A DNA stretch of 64,000 bases from Gordius albopunctatus (GCA_964276515.1 OZ193910.1:2356001-2420000), one strand, 5' to 3'; positions 1 to 14,580 are shown, counted from the stretch's first letter. Numbers and translations: made by a program. Notes: generated by a model not told the origin, from the sequence alone.

Positions 1-1423
1 TACGCCACCACGCCCCTCAAATGTTTGTGAGTAATAGACCAAAAAAACCGTTGGTCTGTTTATGTTTAGTCGGCTAAAATGAAAGGTCGATAAAACAAGA
101 CAAAGCCATTTTTACAACTGTTTTAAGGAGTATTAGATAAATTTCGAATTTCAATGACTCCAAATATATGTGACAAGTAATAAGACAAACTATAATTTAC
201 TTTAGGTTATATTACTAATATAATTTCCTCGTATTAAATTAAAAAAGTCAAAGCATAGAGGACAAATTAAACTTACGGAGTTTTTTTATATTGGCCTGAT
301 ATATTTCATATTAAATTTTTGCCAGATTCGGCTATGTATGACTAATAAACAGGTTAAAAGAATCATTAAATGCAATTTTTATCGTTGCACAAGTTACAAT
401 GATTACAAAAGTGCAATATAATGCTGTGCAGATTTAAACTGGTAATATTGGTTTAGACGGGTTCAGGTTAATTTTAACGAGTTAATAAAAGGCTTGATTT
501 TAGTGGGATCAAAAAAACACACATATCCATTTTGGGCATCCGATTCTATGCAACTAACCAAATATTGGAACTTACAGGCTAGCTTGTGGCCAAGTTATGC
601 AAATACATACAATTTTAAAGCTTATGATGATTATAATCAAGTCGACTGTAAATAAAAATTAATTTTGATCTCTTTTACCCAAGTGTCATATATGTCACAT
701 ATGGATTCGTTGAAGACGAGCAACGAGAGGCGCGGCATTTACCAGGTGCGGGACGATAGCAAGTGAGAGACAAAATAAATCTAGGAAGAGTAACGGGAAG
801 GACGCAAAGGAGAATAACAACTGGCGCGGGACACACAAAGAGAGTATTATCAGAGGCAATAACAACTGGTGGAAGGAATGACAACTGGTGCAAGACACGA
901 GAAGAAAAGAAGGGTATCCGAACGAAAGGGGGCATCGGCGAAGGCACATACAATATGAATTAATAAATTTTCTTGGATATAAATCGTTGGTGGCATAATT
1001 TTTACTTGAAATAAAATATTTATCGGAAGTACGAAATATTCTCGCACCTAATATTGGACGTACGATTTATTCGAGGACATAATATTCTCTGACCTAATTT
1101 TGGACTGACGGTTTAGTCACGGATATAATACCAAGGATTGATTTTTTATCAGTCTTATGTTCATATATGAATCTCAAATCTTAATTATCATGACCCCCCC
1201 TCTTCCCATCCCATTTAGTCCATTTAAATAAGGCATATGGGTATATCACATTTCGGCTACTAATTTAAGTCTGCATTTTTTAAGTGACATATATCTCTAA
1301 TAACACACGTCTACAAAAAACCATCCTGCAATCGGACCTATAATTCTGATAGAGAATTTTGCGCTAAACAATAATCTGTTTTTATTTTTTCCCAAAACTT
1401 CCAGTTTTTTAGATAAACGAGGT

Positions 1424-2027
1424 TGAAGGTGCAAAAATGCCCATTTTAACCTTTTTTAAGGCTATATTGCCACGGCATTTTAAATTTACACTGAAAATTA
1501 TTTATTACTGTAGATTAAAGTGTCGTTTATAGGTCTATTATTTTAGATTTTTTGTTTCACCTCTATATTTACATATATTCGCGTTGACGTGAAACCCTTT
1601 TCTTGTTAAAATTCGTCTTACTATGTTTAGAAAACGGAGCACACTAGAGTACATACTGCGTACCAGATGTTTACTAACATATCCCTCTCGCTTCACCTAT
1701 TCTCCTCTCTTTCTCATCGACTTACGCACCCTTCAGGTGTGCTTGGATAGATATGGGGGCGGGAATGATAGAGAAAAAAGAGAAGGGGAAAGGGAGAGAG
1801 AGAGATGTGTTAGTAAAAAACGCATGTGTAGTGTTTATTCTAATGTACTCGGTTTCACAAACATAGTGGGACGAATTGTAATAAGGGGAAGGGGTTCACG
1901 GAAACGCGAATATGGACTTATAGATAAAACTTTAATCTACAGGAATAAATATTTTTCAGTAAAAATTATAAATACCGTGGCAATATAGCCTCAAAAAAGG
2001 GTAAAATGGCATTTTTTCCATCTTCAG
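1424..2027. mobile_element. Degenerate foldback/MITE-like inverted-repeat element
   Basis: GGCTATATTGCCACGG (~1460) is inverted at ~1975 (CCGTGGCAATATAGCC). The flanking arms and the inner pyrimidine-rich/purine-rich arms also pair. No TSD resolved. Confidence 0.55.
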
Positions 2028-2452
2028 ACTCTCCCCCATTAGCCAAATTTTGGATTTTTTTTTTATTGATAATTAAATTAAATGAGTTAAAATATTATAG
2101 TTTAATTGCATAAAGCACTTTAAGACCCTAATAAAAACGTTAAACATAATATATACATTTATTTTTTAATTAATTTTTAACCCAAATATAATATAAATAT
2201 AGTCTTAATTGCAGATATAAATTTTTCAATATCTACAAACATATTAATGCAGTCTTAATTAACGCTCTATGTTATTTATCTTAATATTTTATAAGATATT
2301 TTATTAAATAATATATTCAAGGTAGTAGTAAATTATATCATTTTATATCTAATAGGATCAATGATTCCCTGATTTTAGATATGTACGGATTACCTTAGAT
2401 ATTGATTCTAAAGGATTATTATTTGTGGCCTTCTTTAATTTATACTTTGTCA

Positions 2453-2650
2453 CTAAATATTCATACTCATCAGTTTCAGGTTTATGTAGTTGTGAATATT
2501 TCTTAATTTAGCTATATTTTTACAATATATTAATCTGCAAGGGCATTCTGAATTTCTGCATCTATAGTAGGTTGTGATCTGAGTAGTTTTGTCAAAAATA
2601 TATAGATTATTATAGCGTATCAAGATTGATTTTCCTTTTTGGGATGGCAA
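2453..2650 (-). pseudogene. FLYWCH-type zinc-finger fragment, likely Mutator/MULE transposase remnant
   Basis: The ORF has Y..F......YYRC....C.C.L.......H spacing typical of FLYWCH domains. Short and isolated, in TE context. Confidence 0.5.
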
Positions 2651-2824
2651 AAAAAAATTTTATACCTAAATTATTTGAGGGTTATACCAATTAAAACTAA
2701 ACAAATTGACTTTGTGAATTTTTATCTTGTGCAGGGGTTGGTTGTTCATCACCTTGTGTAGGGGTCTTCTTATTAACATCTAGTAAGCAATTCTCAGTAC
2801 AAATTCGACTTCAACCTAAAAAAT

Positions 2825-4273
2825 TGTTAGATCGACTCGATCGCGCCAGTGTATTCCGGTCCGACCATCCATTTTTATGTCCCGCCAATCTCCAGTCCAA
2901 TAGTTTCCTTGGTCTCACCTGGTCTAAATGCCGATGATAGCTTTTCCCTAGGGCCTTAATATCGAACGAGCTGGCCCCACGCTTAGAAATAACGGTGCCC
3001 TCCACCCATTTATCTGGTCCCAGAAACATACGCACCCACACTGGGTCTCCGACGTCGTACATAGGCGATTTTCCGCTCTCCGTCCAATGTTGCGGTTCGA
3101 TTTGCCGTAACACCTCCCATCTGTTTCGAATTTTCCGCGCCAACATTCCTTCTGCAGGCGTTATCCCAGTCGCATGATGGGTAGTTGCCCCGTAATTTTC
3201 TAGGAATAAGTTTAAATAAATTTCGGAATTGTTGCGCACCACCGCCTCCTTTGCTAGCCGCACATACCTTTCCGCCAATCCATTTGACGCGGGGTGATAA
3301 GGTGCTGACCAACCTTGTTTTATCCCCCTCCGCCTACAAAATCCTCGAATCTCCTGGCTTCTAAACTGCGGACCGTTATCCGATATAAGGACTGGTGGGT
3401 TACTGAACCTGGCAAACACTTCCGCCAGCTTTATGATTATGGTTGAGGTTGCCGTATCTTCTAATTTCCAACCATTTCGTTCCGTTATCCACCAAGACCA
3501 AATACTACCTGCCGCGCACCGGCCCAAACAAATCCACATGTACCTGGCTCCAAGGCCTGAAGTTTTGTTCACCTTTGATCAAGGGCGCCTTTTTTGGTGC
3601 TGCAGCCGTGTAGTTGCATGCCCTGCAACCTTTCACTAGGTTTGCGATATCCTGAATAAGTGTCGGCCACCATACTTATTGCGCTGCCACCTGTTGCGTT
3701 CGCTTAACGCCTACGTAGCCCTTGTGTAATTGTTGTAGCACCGCGCAGCTTAATCTGGTTGGAATGAGGATCCGTCGTCCCTTGTAGAAAATCACGTCAT
3801 TTGACTCGTGTAACTTCGGCAGATACTTTTCGTAGAGGCGCATAGTACCAGCGACTACTGTGCCTTGATGTTGGCCTCGAATTGAATTAGAAATGTTTCA
3901 CTGGAATCTCCTAACCTGAATAATTCCATGTCGTTTCTAACGATTATTGAATTAGAAATGTTTCGATAGAATCTCCACCTCCGAATAATTTCTTGTCATT
4001 TCTAACGATTATCAAAATCAAATGTTTCAACAGAATCTCTTCTTCTGAATAATTCCCCGTAGGTTCACGATTTAGTCACGACGCCAATGTTAGATCTATT
4101 CGATCTGACTTTATTAGAACTTTGCAAGGAACACGCGCGCGAAGAAACACAAAAACGCGACAAATAATAAAAAACACGCGATCGGAAAACAATAACACGT
4201 GTTATATATCTTTTTGCTCCACGAGCAAAATAGAACTTTAGCGTACCTTACACATCCTCAGTCATCCTCTACA
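2825..4273 (-). mobile_element. Internally deleted Ty3/gypsy LTR retrotransposon
   Basis: Integrase core ORF 2811-3572 (SDNGPQF, APYHPASNGLAER, GPY/F-like tail). TG...CA LTR at 4088-4273 followed on the - strand by PBS-like TGGCGTCGTGAC. About 18 bp of the other LTR survives at 2825. 5-bp TSD AAAAT at 2820-2824 and 4274-4278. Confidence 0.85.
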
Positions 4274-4960
4274 AAAATTAATTTTATAATTTATAAAAAG
4301 TTGTTATTTGTTGACCCTTTATTATCATAGGGGTATTTTCAACAAGTTTGATATTTGTTCCATTGAAAATATTTAACTTTTACTCTGATGCTAAAATTTT
4401 ATAAATAAAGGTAAAGTTTTTTACTTTGAATACAATTTTCAGAATTCTGAGTTGTGACGACGGAATTATTATTGTTTAGTATAGCCATTCCTGGGCAATG
4501 ACATATAGTACATTGCCTGCACTTGTAATACACCTGTCCAATATATAATTTTGATATCGGTAAAAGCTTGATTATGTAATTGCCTATTTTTAAAATATGT
4601 TAATTTGCGCCAAATATAGCATTAAAATTCGGGATTATATGTTTTCAGGAGTGTGCCCAAGAGCCCTCAAAATATATAAAAACCATGCCATTTAATTAGC
4701 CTGTGTACTTTCATGGCGCTTCCATATGATTATTTCAAAATCGAAATCAATACTAATTGGTACAACCTTTTTTACTATATCTGCCATTACATACGTGCAT
4801 TTGAAACAAAAATACGATTTGGAGGTATTATATATTAATATAGTCTTTCATACAAAGTAGAAGTTAAGAGCTGGAGTTCGTAAAGATATTGAAAGGCAAA
4901 AATTAGATAAAATTTATAAAGTAATTGACCATAGTATGTTATTTAATATATTAAAGTTGA

Positions 4961-6449
4961 ATGAATTCTCAAAATAGTGATAGTGAAGACGATTTTCAAA
5001 TTGATATTAATGACTGTAATGAGGTGATTGAACTAAATGACAAGGATATGGATGATGTAGAGATACAAAATTTGCAAGATAATGTTGAAGATGTAGATAT
5101 CAGTGAAGACTTTGATGACATTATAGTAGACAATAAAATTAAAGAGATTATTCTTAAAAGGCATACAAAACCCATTTTTAACTTAGATATTTCGTTAAAA
5201 CATAACCTTTTGATCACAGGTATAAGAACTTAATTTATAATAAATTTTTTATATTAGGTGGGGAAGATGATATTGCATATATATGGCCAATACCTCTATA
5301 TTCAGACCCTAATAATGTTAAGTTAACAATATTGGCCTTGATCCATGGCCATAAGGATTCTGTTATATTTGCAAAATTTAATTTTGAGCAAAGTTTTTTT
5401 GCCACTGGTGATATGTCTGGTAAAATTCAAATTTTTGAATTGAAAGATATTTTGAATCAAATCAACAATGCAAAAAATAAATCAAACAATAGCAATGAAA
5501 CTATTTTGAAAGAGCCTTACTCAAGCCAGGAAACATCTGACTTATCTTGGGCTGATTGGCATCCAAAATTTAATAAAGTTGTCATTGCAGGAACTGAGGA
5601 GGGTGATGTATATATTGTAAAATTTGATAAATCAAAAAATAATCAATGTAAAATATTATCACATGGTCAAAATCAGAAAGCTTCAATTGGCAAAGTTCTT
5701 GACACTAATTTATTGGCTGTTGGTTATGGTAATGGAGATATTAAAATATGGGATATGAAGGCAGAAATTTGCAATGTAACTATTTCAAATTTAATGTTTG
5801 CCAAAGCTGTGAATGATGTTCCTAGTAGCAAACCATTCCACCAAGCAGAGATTACTTGTCTTGATGTGTATCAAAATGTTAAGCCCAATGACGTTGACAA
5901 AAGACATCTTCTGATTTCCAGCTCAGTTGATGGAGAAATTAAATTATTTGATATTAAGGATGGAAAATATTTGGCGGATTTTAATTTTGCAGAAAACATT
6001 TTTCAAAATTATTTGGACAAACACACAAATGAAAATTTAGATGTGTCCATTGAATCATTGTCATTTAATCCATTCCATCCTGACATCTTTTTTGCAGCTA
6101 GTTTGAATGGTAACATATATATCTGGGATTTTGTTAAAAGAAAAATAAGGCATACTTGTTTATCTCACGTAAGCTTAATTTTAAATTTGATACACATTTT
6201 TATACATTTATTGTGTAGTGTGGAATTGTAAAAGCTCTTTGGTCAATAAAAGACCCAAACTTATTAATATCTGCACACTTAGATGGTTCAATTAAAATTT
6301 GGAATGCTGGTGATGGGTCTTTGATTAAATCTAGTCAAATTCATAATGATGCCATTTTAGATTTTGTCCTTTCTAGAGATGAGTCATACCTTGCAACAGC
6401 ATCAGAAGACACAACTGCTAAACTAATTTGTACTAAAGATATTATTTAA
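4961..6449 (+). CDS. AAMP: AAMP/Sqt1-like WD40 protein (uL16 chaperone family); exons 4961-5219, 5258-6168, 6219-6449
   Basis: Acidic N-terminus. Splicing GT-AG introns of 38 and 50 nt restores TGGEDD.A, GHKDSV...ATGDMSG and the C-terminal LDG.IKIW...H.DAILDF.LSRD...ATASED..AK repeats. Stop TAA at 6447-6449. Confidence 0.9.
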
Positions 6450-6741
6450 AAGTTAGTATGAACCATAATGTAAATCCATTGTTATGTATATACTCAGAAT
6501 GCATTTTGTTAAAAATCATGGTTAAAAATTTAATTATGTTGTGTTTTTTAGATAACATTTTTCAGACTTTAGTCTGCTCCCAAGCAAATGCTGATTGCTT
6601 TGAATATATTATTCGTAAATATAAAGTTTTTTTTATATAGCCTTAAAATCAAAGTTCTCCATTGCCTCCTTTAAATTTAAAACTAATGTGCAAACTAGTG
6701 TTGTAAAAAGATCTAGGCTCGACGAGTCCCTTTTTCATATA

Positions 6742-8936
6742 CAGTCGAAACTTCTTAATCGCAAATCGGATTATCGCGAAATCTTTTAATCGCGAAGTTA
6801 ACCGCCATTTTGTTTTTTCCAAACGATAATAACAAAAACATCGTTTATTGACAAATCGCTTAATAGTACAATATCGGATATTCACAAACATTTTCGAGTG
6901 CTTAAATCAACTATACAATTATATAAAATATCGTTTTATTGCGAAGCGTAAGAAATGAATATTTACTATATGTCTATATATGGGACATTCCATGTCAAAT
7001 GGATCATAAAAATGCGTTTTTCGGCCGACCCCCTCAGAATTTTATAAAATTTGGTGGAAATGTTACAACTAGTAAAATGATTAATTTCCGAAAATTTTAG
7101 CTCATTTAGGCCTTTACTTTTCGAGTTGTGGACGCTAAAAGGTTGAAAATCGGACATTTAAAAAATCAGTTCGTGACGCTGTATTCAATAAAATTTATAA
7201 GTTATTGGCCCCCAAATCATAGAATCTTGTTGTAGTAATAGGTAAGACCTATCTCCATAGAAAAAAAATCAAAATTTTTTTTTGTCGATTGGTCATCTCA
7301 TAATGGCCAAAATGGCATAATTACTGTTGAACCCTCTCAAACCGTTTCAAATTTGAGACAAATGTTTTATACTACCTATTAATCAAATTAATTAAAAGAG
7401 AAAGTTGGGCGGCCATCTTGAAGTGGTCATAAATTGCTAGAAACGGTATTTTATTTAATTGGGGCAAAAATGACCCTCTAAAATGGATTTTATTACTCAT
7501 TTAGGTATCTTATAATATTAGTAATATCTATTATACAAATATTTTTGCTATAAATTAACACCCCAACCCCTCCCCCCTTAGCCCCTATAAATTACAATCA
7601 AAATAGGGAGTGATTTTTTCCCACAAATTATTTTATTGTAGTTTGGAAACAGGCTCGTAAAATAGATAATAAAATCGTCAGGATTATCGAATATAGGCTT
7701 TAAAAATGCCTTATCAACAAAGATTTATTTCTTTTTTGGCGCGTATGAATTAATTTGTATGACCCTTTAGCGCGAATTTTCAATGATGTCGAATTCTTTT
7801 AATAAAATTATTTTATCATTTAATTATACTATCAACTAATTTTCCTCTCCACGTTCCAAATTGAAAATATAATTTATAATAAAAATTATGACTACGAAAA
7901 AATAATAGTTTGCTTAACCGATGCGGGCCCCGTCAACTCTTTCGCTTTCCCAAATAAATTTCACAAATTATCTCTAAAGAAATGGGATATATTAAAAATT
8001 GTATCACCTTCAACCACAACCGGGAGAACTTATACTATATTTGAAAGCGAAATGCTTGATGCGACATCAAAACATTGCCATAATATACTTCAAATGATGT
8101 TAAATTAATTTTTTATATGCGCTTGAAGACATGCCCTCCGTCATACTTTTTTATAAATACTTAATTACATATCGAATAAGAAGCAATGAATATATACTTT
8201 GGAATAAAATATTTAAGGTGATTTTTCAAAAAGTAATTAAATTTGTAGCCTATTCGCAGAAAAATCACTCCCTATTTTGATTGTAATTTATAGGGGTTAA
8301 TATTTGTATAATAGATATAATAATATTATAAGATGGTTAAATGAGTAATAAAACCAATTTTAGAGGGTCATTTTGGCGCCAAATAAATAAAATATCGTTT
8401 CTAGCAATTTATGACCACTTCAAGATGGCCGCCCAACTTTCTCTTTTATTTAATTTGATTAATAGGTAGCATAAAATATTTGTCTCAAATTTGAAACGGT
8501 TTGAGAGGGTTCAACATTAATTATGCCATTTCGGCCATTATGAGATGACCAATCGACAAAAAAAATTTTTTTGATTTTTTTTCTATGGAGATAGCTCTTA
8601 CCTATTACTAAAACAAGATTCTATGATTTGGGGGCCAATAACTAATAAATTTTATTGAATATAGCGTCACGAACTGATTTTTTAAATGTCCGATTTTCGA
8701 CATTTTAGCATCCACAACTCGAAAAGTAGTGGCCTAAATGAGCTAAAATTTTCGGAAATTAATCATTTTACTAGTTGTAACATTTCCACCAAATTTTATA
8801 AAATTCTGAGAGGGTCGGCCGAAAACGTGGCGATTTGACATGCAATGTCCCATATTTAATATTTTCTCTTTTTACATCGTTTAATCGCGAATTTTTTTTG
8901 AGGCCCAAGGCTTTGCAATTAAACGGTTATGTTATG
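6742..8936. mobile_element. Tc1/pogo-like MITE remnant interrupted by the foldback element
   Basis: TA|CAGTCGAAAC start, repeated TTAATCGCGAA motifs on both sides of the insertion, degenerate right TIR near 8912-8936. Confidence 0.5.
6982..8851. mobile_element. Non-autonomous DNA transposon with ~640-bp TIRs (Sola-like by termini)
   Basis: GGGACATTCCATGTCAAAT...ATTTGACATGCAATGTCCC. Arms ~6982-7620 and ~8260-8851 are highly similar inverted copies. 4-bp ATAT on both flanks. The superfamily is inferred only from GGG ends, 4-bp TSD and long TIRs. Confidence 0.85.
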
Positions 8937-10454
8937 ACAAACACTTTATAATAAAGGGCGTTAATAACAAATATTCCTTGTAGACCCGTGACATCAGTTT
9001 AATTGTAACTAGAGCTTTTAAAGTACTTTTCCACAGTAACTAGTTAAGATGAACTTTCTTTCAGAAATACGTAAGTTATTAGGGTTTACAATTAATTTTT
9101 TTTAAGTAACAGAATACAGTGCCTCTTATTACTAATAGGAATAGATACATTGGTTACTCACCAATTTTTTTTGTAATTTAATAAAAATATATATAGAATG
9201 GCATATTTGCATTTAATATCCTGGCTCAGTATAGTTTGTTAACTGCCCGATAATTTTTTTTATGTGGATATCTAAAAATTTAATAGTTTATATAATTACT
9301 TATGCTAATGGGATTGGCCAGCATTGTGGATTAGAGGGGGCGGCAATAATGATTTAAGGAGATGCAAAAGATTTTTTTCCTTTTTGATATCATAATAATA
9401 TTTCCCCATCATAATGTAAAATAAAAGGATGATATATATGACGCGTTCGCGTGAGCGTTGAATTTTTCACGATAATTATAAAATAAATTTCCAAGTTTCG
9501 CTTTCCTCAACTACGCGTTTCTAAAGAATTATTACATTTTTGTATATAGTCATAGTAACCACAAAGGTGTCTTCAGATACTTTTTATCACTATTCACCAC
9601 ATAAATAATTAGTTGCACACATTACAAAGTTGTAACAAATCCAATATCATTGGTACTGAATTTGGAACACATTAAATTTAAAGTTTTAATAAATTACACG
9701 TATATAATTTTATAACATATGATTTTTTTAAACGATTCTATTTTAGTGTAAAATTTTATTATATTAGTGCCCAAAATATTTACTTATACCATTTATGAAA
9801 TTATTTTGCCATATAATACTTATTAATAAAGCTTAGGCTCATATAAATTATTGTTTTTCAAAATCGTAACACTTACAGATAATTTATTAGATTATAATAT
9901 GCCTGCCAACCCCATCATTATAATGTTAAAGATAATGTAAATGGTAAAACAAATGCATAATGTGATTAGTCGCTTGAGGATTCCAGAGGTGTGCCATAAT
10001 GAGTTGAATCATAAATCATGGCAGACTCATGATTAAATATTGTCTTTTTAAACAGTGAAAAAAATATGCTTGCAAAAAGATCGTTGGCAGGCACAGAGAT
10101 CGCAGGGGTGTTTAAAAAATCTTTAGGCTTTTAAGCCAAATTCATATGAATACGTTGTTTAATTCACTATTCCAAATGTCATGTTATCAGAGATGGTGTA
10201 ATTGTTGCTAAATTTGAAGATGTTTTTGTATTTCTACTTTCTCAGAGCTCATTTTTTTTCTTCATATTAAATATATGTTCAATAAAAATATGTAATAAAT
10301 ATATTAAATAATTATTTACAAAAGGGCCACTCATATTCTATTGAAAAGGCTAAAATTACGTGTGTGTTTAAAAAGTTTCAAGATCTCAATTGTATTAATT
10401 TACATTTAGCATCTTATGTAAATCATCTAAATTATAAATAAATAAATAAATAAA

Positions 10455-11411
10455 TAGTTGTTAAATTGCTAAGTAGCTTCAACTAAAAACGCGAGCACGA
10501 ACATTAGCTGGGTAATATTCTAGTTTAAAACAATGAGTGCTAGCTGTTCGGTGCGTTAGTTTTAACAGTAGCACGTAAAAATGCTCGAGAGGTTAGTCGA
10601 AGTAGTGATGGTATGTATATACGCTATGTATACTAGGACATAGTCACTTTAAGTGCTATGAGCTATAGGAGATGGGAGGTTTGAGGCGCTAAAGCTATAG
10701 CCGATAGCACTTAAATGCGCTAGAGCTATAGCACGGCGCTAACATTGAGAATAATTTCAATGAAAACAATAGATTATAATATGAACTTGTACGTACTCAC
10801 TCATGTTATTGTATTTTAATATCTAATAAACAATTAAAAAAATTATGCTATAGCTTTAGCTCCTTAAAAACGCTATTTCCCCATCACTAAGTCAGCAGCC
10901 ACATCTGTTAGAAAATTTAGCAGGAGCTCGAGCAGATAGTAGATTGAATTGCTATTTGCTAAAATTGCAATTTTATTCATATTATATTTCATAAATAATT
11001 TGAGAACTTTGCGCCCACCCCCCTTTATTTTTTACCCTCTTACCAGAGGTATTTTTTACCCTTTTTCTTACCAGATGGGGGGCACCAGTGAAAAAGAGGG
11101 TAAAAAATAAGGGGGGGGGGCGCAAAGTTCTTAATATGTTTATGAAATATAATATGAATAAAATTGTAATTTTAACAAATAGCAATTCAATCTAGTATCT
11201 GCTCCGATTTACTGCTCGAGCTCCTGCTAAACTTTTTAACAGATTTGGCTGCTTCGACTAACCTCTCGAGCATTTTTACGTGCTACTGTTAAAACTATTG
11301 CACAGAACAGTTAGCACTCATTGTGTTAAACTAGCATATTACCCAGCTAGTGTTCGTGCTCGAGCATAGCACATAGTTAGCATTGCTAAAGTTAGCAATT
11401 TAACAACTCTA
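10455..11411. mobile_element. hAT-like palindromic MITE with nested TAGTGATGG...CCATCACTA MITE (~10603-10889)
   Basis: Ends (TAG)AGTTGTTAAATTGCTAA / TTAGCAATTTAACAACTCTA, long inverted arms, same family as 45040-45562. Confidence 0.8.
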
Positions 11412-11419
11412 ATAAATAT

Positions 11420-11795
11420 GGGGACCGGTCAAAGTAGCACAGAAATAGCGTCGAATTTCGTCACATTTCATCAAAATTCATAAAAATTTGATATTCATTT
11501 TTGATATTGTATAATTATAAGGAGTAAAAGTAAGATTATATCTATGAAAGTATGTTTTTTGATTATCCTAATGTTTTCTATATACGATATGAAAAGCTTT
11601 TATTGTTTTATGTTGTCCATACATTGATATACATAGATAGATACAATAAAATTCAATTATAATTTTAAAAGTATATAAATAATTAGGTGTTAACATTTAA
11701 ATAATTGTAATGGTATTTAAATTGCTGATACATCTATCTTTATCTAAATATTTCTTGCTACTTTTTTTCAGGCTGTGCTACTTTGACCCCTATTC
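11420..11795. mobile_element. Small TIR element
   Basis: GGTCAAAGTAGCACAG (~11428) is inverted at ~11774-11789 (CTGTGCTACTTTGACC). Confidence 0.55.
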
Positions 11796-12105
11796 AAATA
11801 TACTGTATATGATTATGATGGATAATAAAAAATTTTAAGCCAAGATCTCGAATATAAATCTCGTCTAATCTCAATATCAAAATCCTCGTCTCGGTTTTTC
11901 TAGACGAGACCGAGATTTTTCTTGGGTTTTAGGCATCACCAATCACTATTATAGCAAATATCAACACAACATCCTTAATATGACGACTAGTTATGGCTAA
12001 ATTCACAATTATTTGGTTCAGACGTTAGCACTTAAAGTGTCGCCATTGTAGAACATCCTCTAAAAAGGTATAACATGATTGGGAGTTAGTTTATTTTACA
12101 ACGAT

Positions 12106-13620
12106 TAGTGTTTCGATCTCGTCTCGGTCTCGAAAACAAAATCTCGTCTCGGGGGCGATTATGAAAATCTCGTCTCGGTCTAGAAAAATCTCGGTCTCGT
12201 CTCGACAAGAATTCTTGTCTCCTCTCTACTTTTTAAAAAAAAATATATACGGAATAAAAATTTCTCCTTTTTATTAAAAATATTAAATAAGTGTTAAAAA
12301 ATTTAGATGGCAAATTTTTTTATTTTTTGATAAACTTTAAAATACAAACTGTTAAGAGATTTAGCGGGACACGGCATCTCTTTGTCAATATAAAGATATG
12401 AATTCATTCAAAAAAATAAAATTTTTTATAAAAAGTGCAGACTAAAAAACTATAAACAAATTTGAAGTATAGAAAATTAAATTTTATTGTTCTAGCAAAT
12501 TATAACATTTCTATCAAATCACTGTGTTTGTAAACTATATAGACTTAGAAAATAATAAGTTCGGTTATAGTTGACTTAGTTGCACAATTTAGCGAATTGG
12601 GACACTTTATTAACCCTGGCTAAAGCTTCAAAGTAGACTTTAACATATTTAAGGCAAACATTTAAGTCCATTAGTACCATCATTAATTATAGCCCATAGT
12701 GTTTATTGCCTGTTTACTATAGCTTTATAAACCACAAAGTGCGAGTGACTTTTAATGATAATATTATTATTTACAGAATTGATAACTAGATGCATATATA
12801 AAAACGTGTAGAAACAACAATAAAAGCAGCATTGTTATAGGATTAAGAACATAAGGTTTTAAACTTTAAATCGCACGTATTTAAATGTATGACAAAAATC
12901 ATTATAATAAAATTTATATTCCAAATAATTTTCTTGCAATTCTAACTAACTTTGACACTAAATAGTTATTTATTGAATATAGTTGAAGCATAAAAACTTC
13001 TAGAAAACTCATGCTTTAGATTTAATCTATTACTGTGTCATTAAATACTCTATTGTACTTTTGAAATCGTTAAGCGGGTGCTCAAAAATTTCGAGCCACC
13101 TTAGCTTAAATAGTTTATTTATTCAAACTGATTGACTATGAATTTATAATTACCGCATTATGCAGGATGAGTAACTGCGAAATTAAAATTTGATTTAGTA
13201 GTATTTACTATTAAATCAGATCAGAACTCATTCTAAGCCTATAATTTTGTAATATTTAATAATGCTAAGGATTTAAATATGTGATAAAGATATTATAAAA
13301 TTATTCACATACCCTAAATGTCAACCATACTTAGGTGAATGTTGCAAAAAATATAATATTTAGAGGAAATTTTTTAATGTCAAATATATTCTATACATAT
13401 TGATTTACACATAATATCTTAAATGTAAATCATGCAAATTAAAATACACAATAATTTACTAAAATCTAACGAAAAAAAAGTCGAGATCTCGCCGAAAAAA
13501 TCTCGAATCGTCTAGTCTCGACATCAAAATTCTCGTCTCGATCTCTAATCCATTTTTCAAATTCTCGTCTCGGTTTTTCGAGACGAGACCGAGATTTTTC
13601 TCGGTTTTTCCGCACCACTA
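12106..13620. mobile_element. hAT-like non-autonomous element with GTCTCG subterminal repeats
   Basis: TAGTG...CACTA ends, perfect 8-bp TSD ACAACGAT (12098-12105, 13621-13628), TCTCGTCTCG arrays at both ends. A related fragment lies at ~11840-11948. Confidence 0.85.
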
Positions 13621-14580
13621 ACAACGATAGTTATTAATTTTTAAAAAGCTCATTTTTTTTGAGATTGGTCACTAAAACTTACCTTTTAGAGGTCTTTTTC
13701 TATTTTTATTTTACGATATATGTGAATTACGATGTGGGGGGATAGGGACGGGGAAAACCTTTTCCCAATAAGGATATTCTTAATTTTACTAAACCTTACA
13801 TGGCAGGTTATTTTAGTTTATTAATTATGAAACTAAGGAAAAAATTATAATGATCGATATCAAAATTATCATACGATAACACACGTATATGACATTCACT
13901 GATGCGTGTTGATAGAAATAACAAACACGTATAAGCGTGTGGGGGGGGGGAATAACACAGGCTAGAAATTTAATGTAAAGGAGTAGTGGTACTACGCTAT
14001 GATTGATATAAAAATCTTTATAGGAAATACAGATGTTGTACAGCGTGTAAGATCAAAAGAATCTTGCAATCAACGAACGTACAATTAAATACACGTGTAC
14101 CTCAGTATGTATATACGACAGGGGGCATGGGGGGAAGAATATATACGGATACGACAGTAAAACAGTTTTGTACATTTATTCATTTTAAACTAGCAAAAGT
14201 TTTATTACTTTGAATTTAATAAACATTCTTTGGCCTAAAAGTTAATATTTTAGTTATATTTTAACATAGCTCCATGGGTTACATAATTAATCATAAAACT
14301 AAATATTAATAGTTTTAAAGTTGATACTCAGAGCTTCTAGATAAACAATATTATCGTAGCAATATCAAACTTTAAATTTAAATATTTAATTAATCGATTT
14401 AATTAACAACAACTTTTTTTGTTATTTTCCATCCAAGATAATACATTTGTTTTATATTTCAATGAAGCATCAACAAAATATGTTAATTACTAAATTGCGT
14501 TCTGATATAAAATATTATATCGTTATAAAATTACACTAGTACATAACAAGTTATTGTAATAGATTAAAACACTTGTAATA

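Noticed and set aside
675..1047. Overlapping short ORFs
   Set aside because: No recognisable domain. They arise from purine-rich AACAACTGG repeats, probably TE subterminal sequence.
2462..2482. Hammerhead core CTGATGAG on the - strand
   Set aside because: No stem II or downstream GAAA in the required arrangement.
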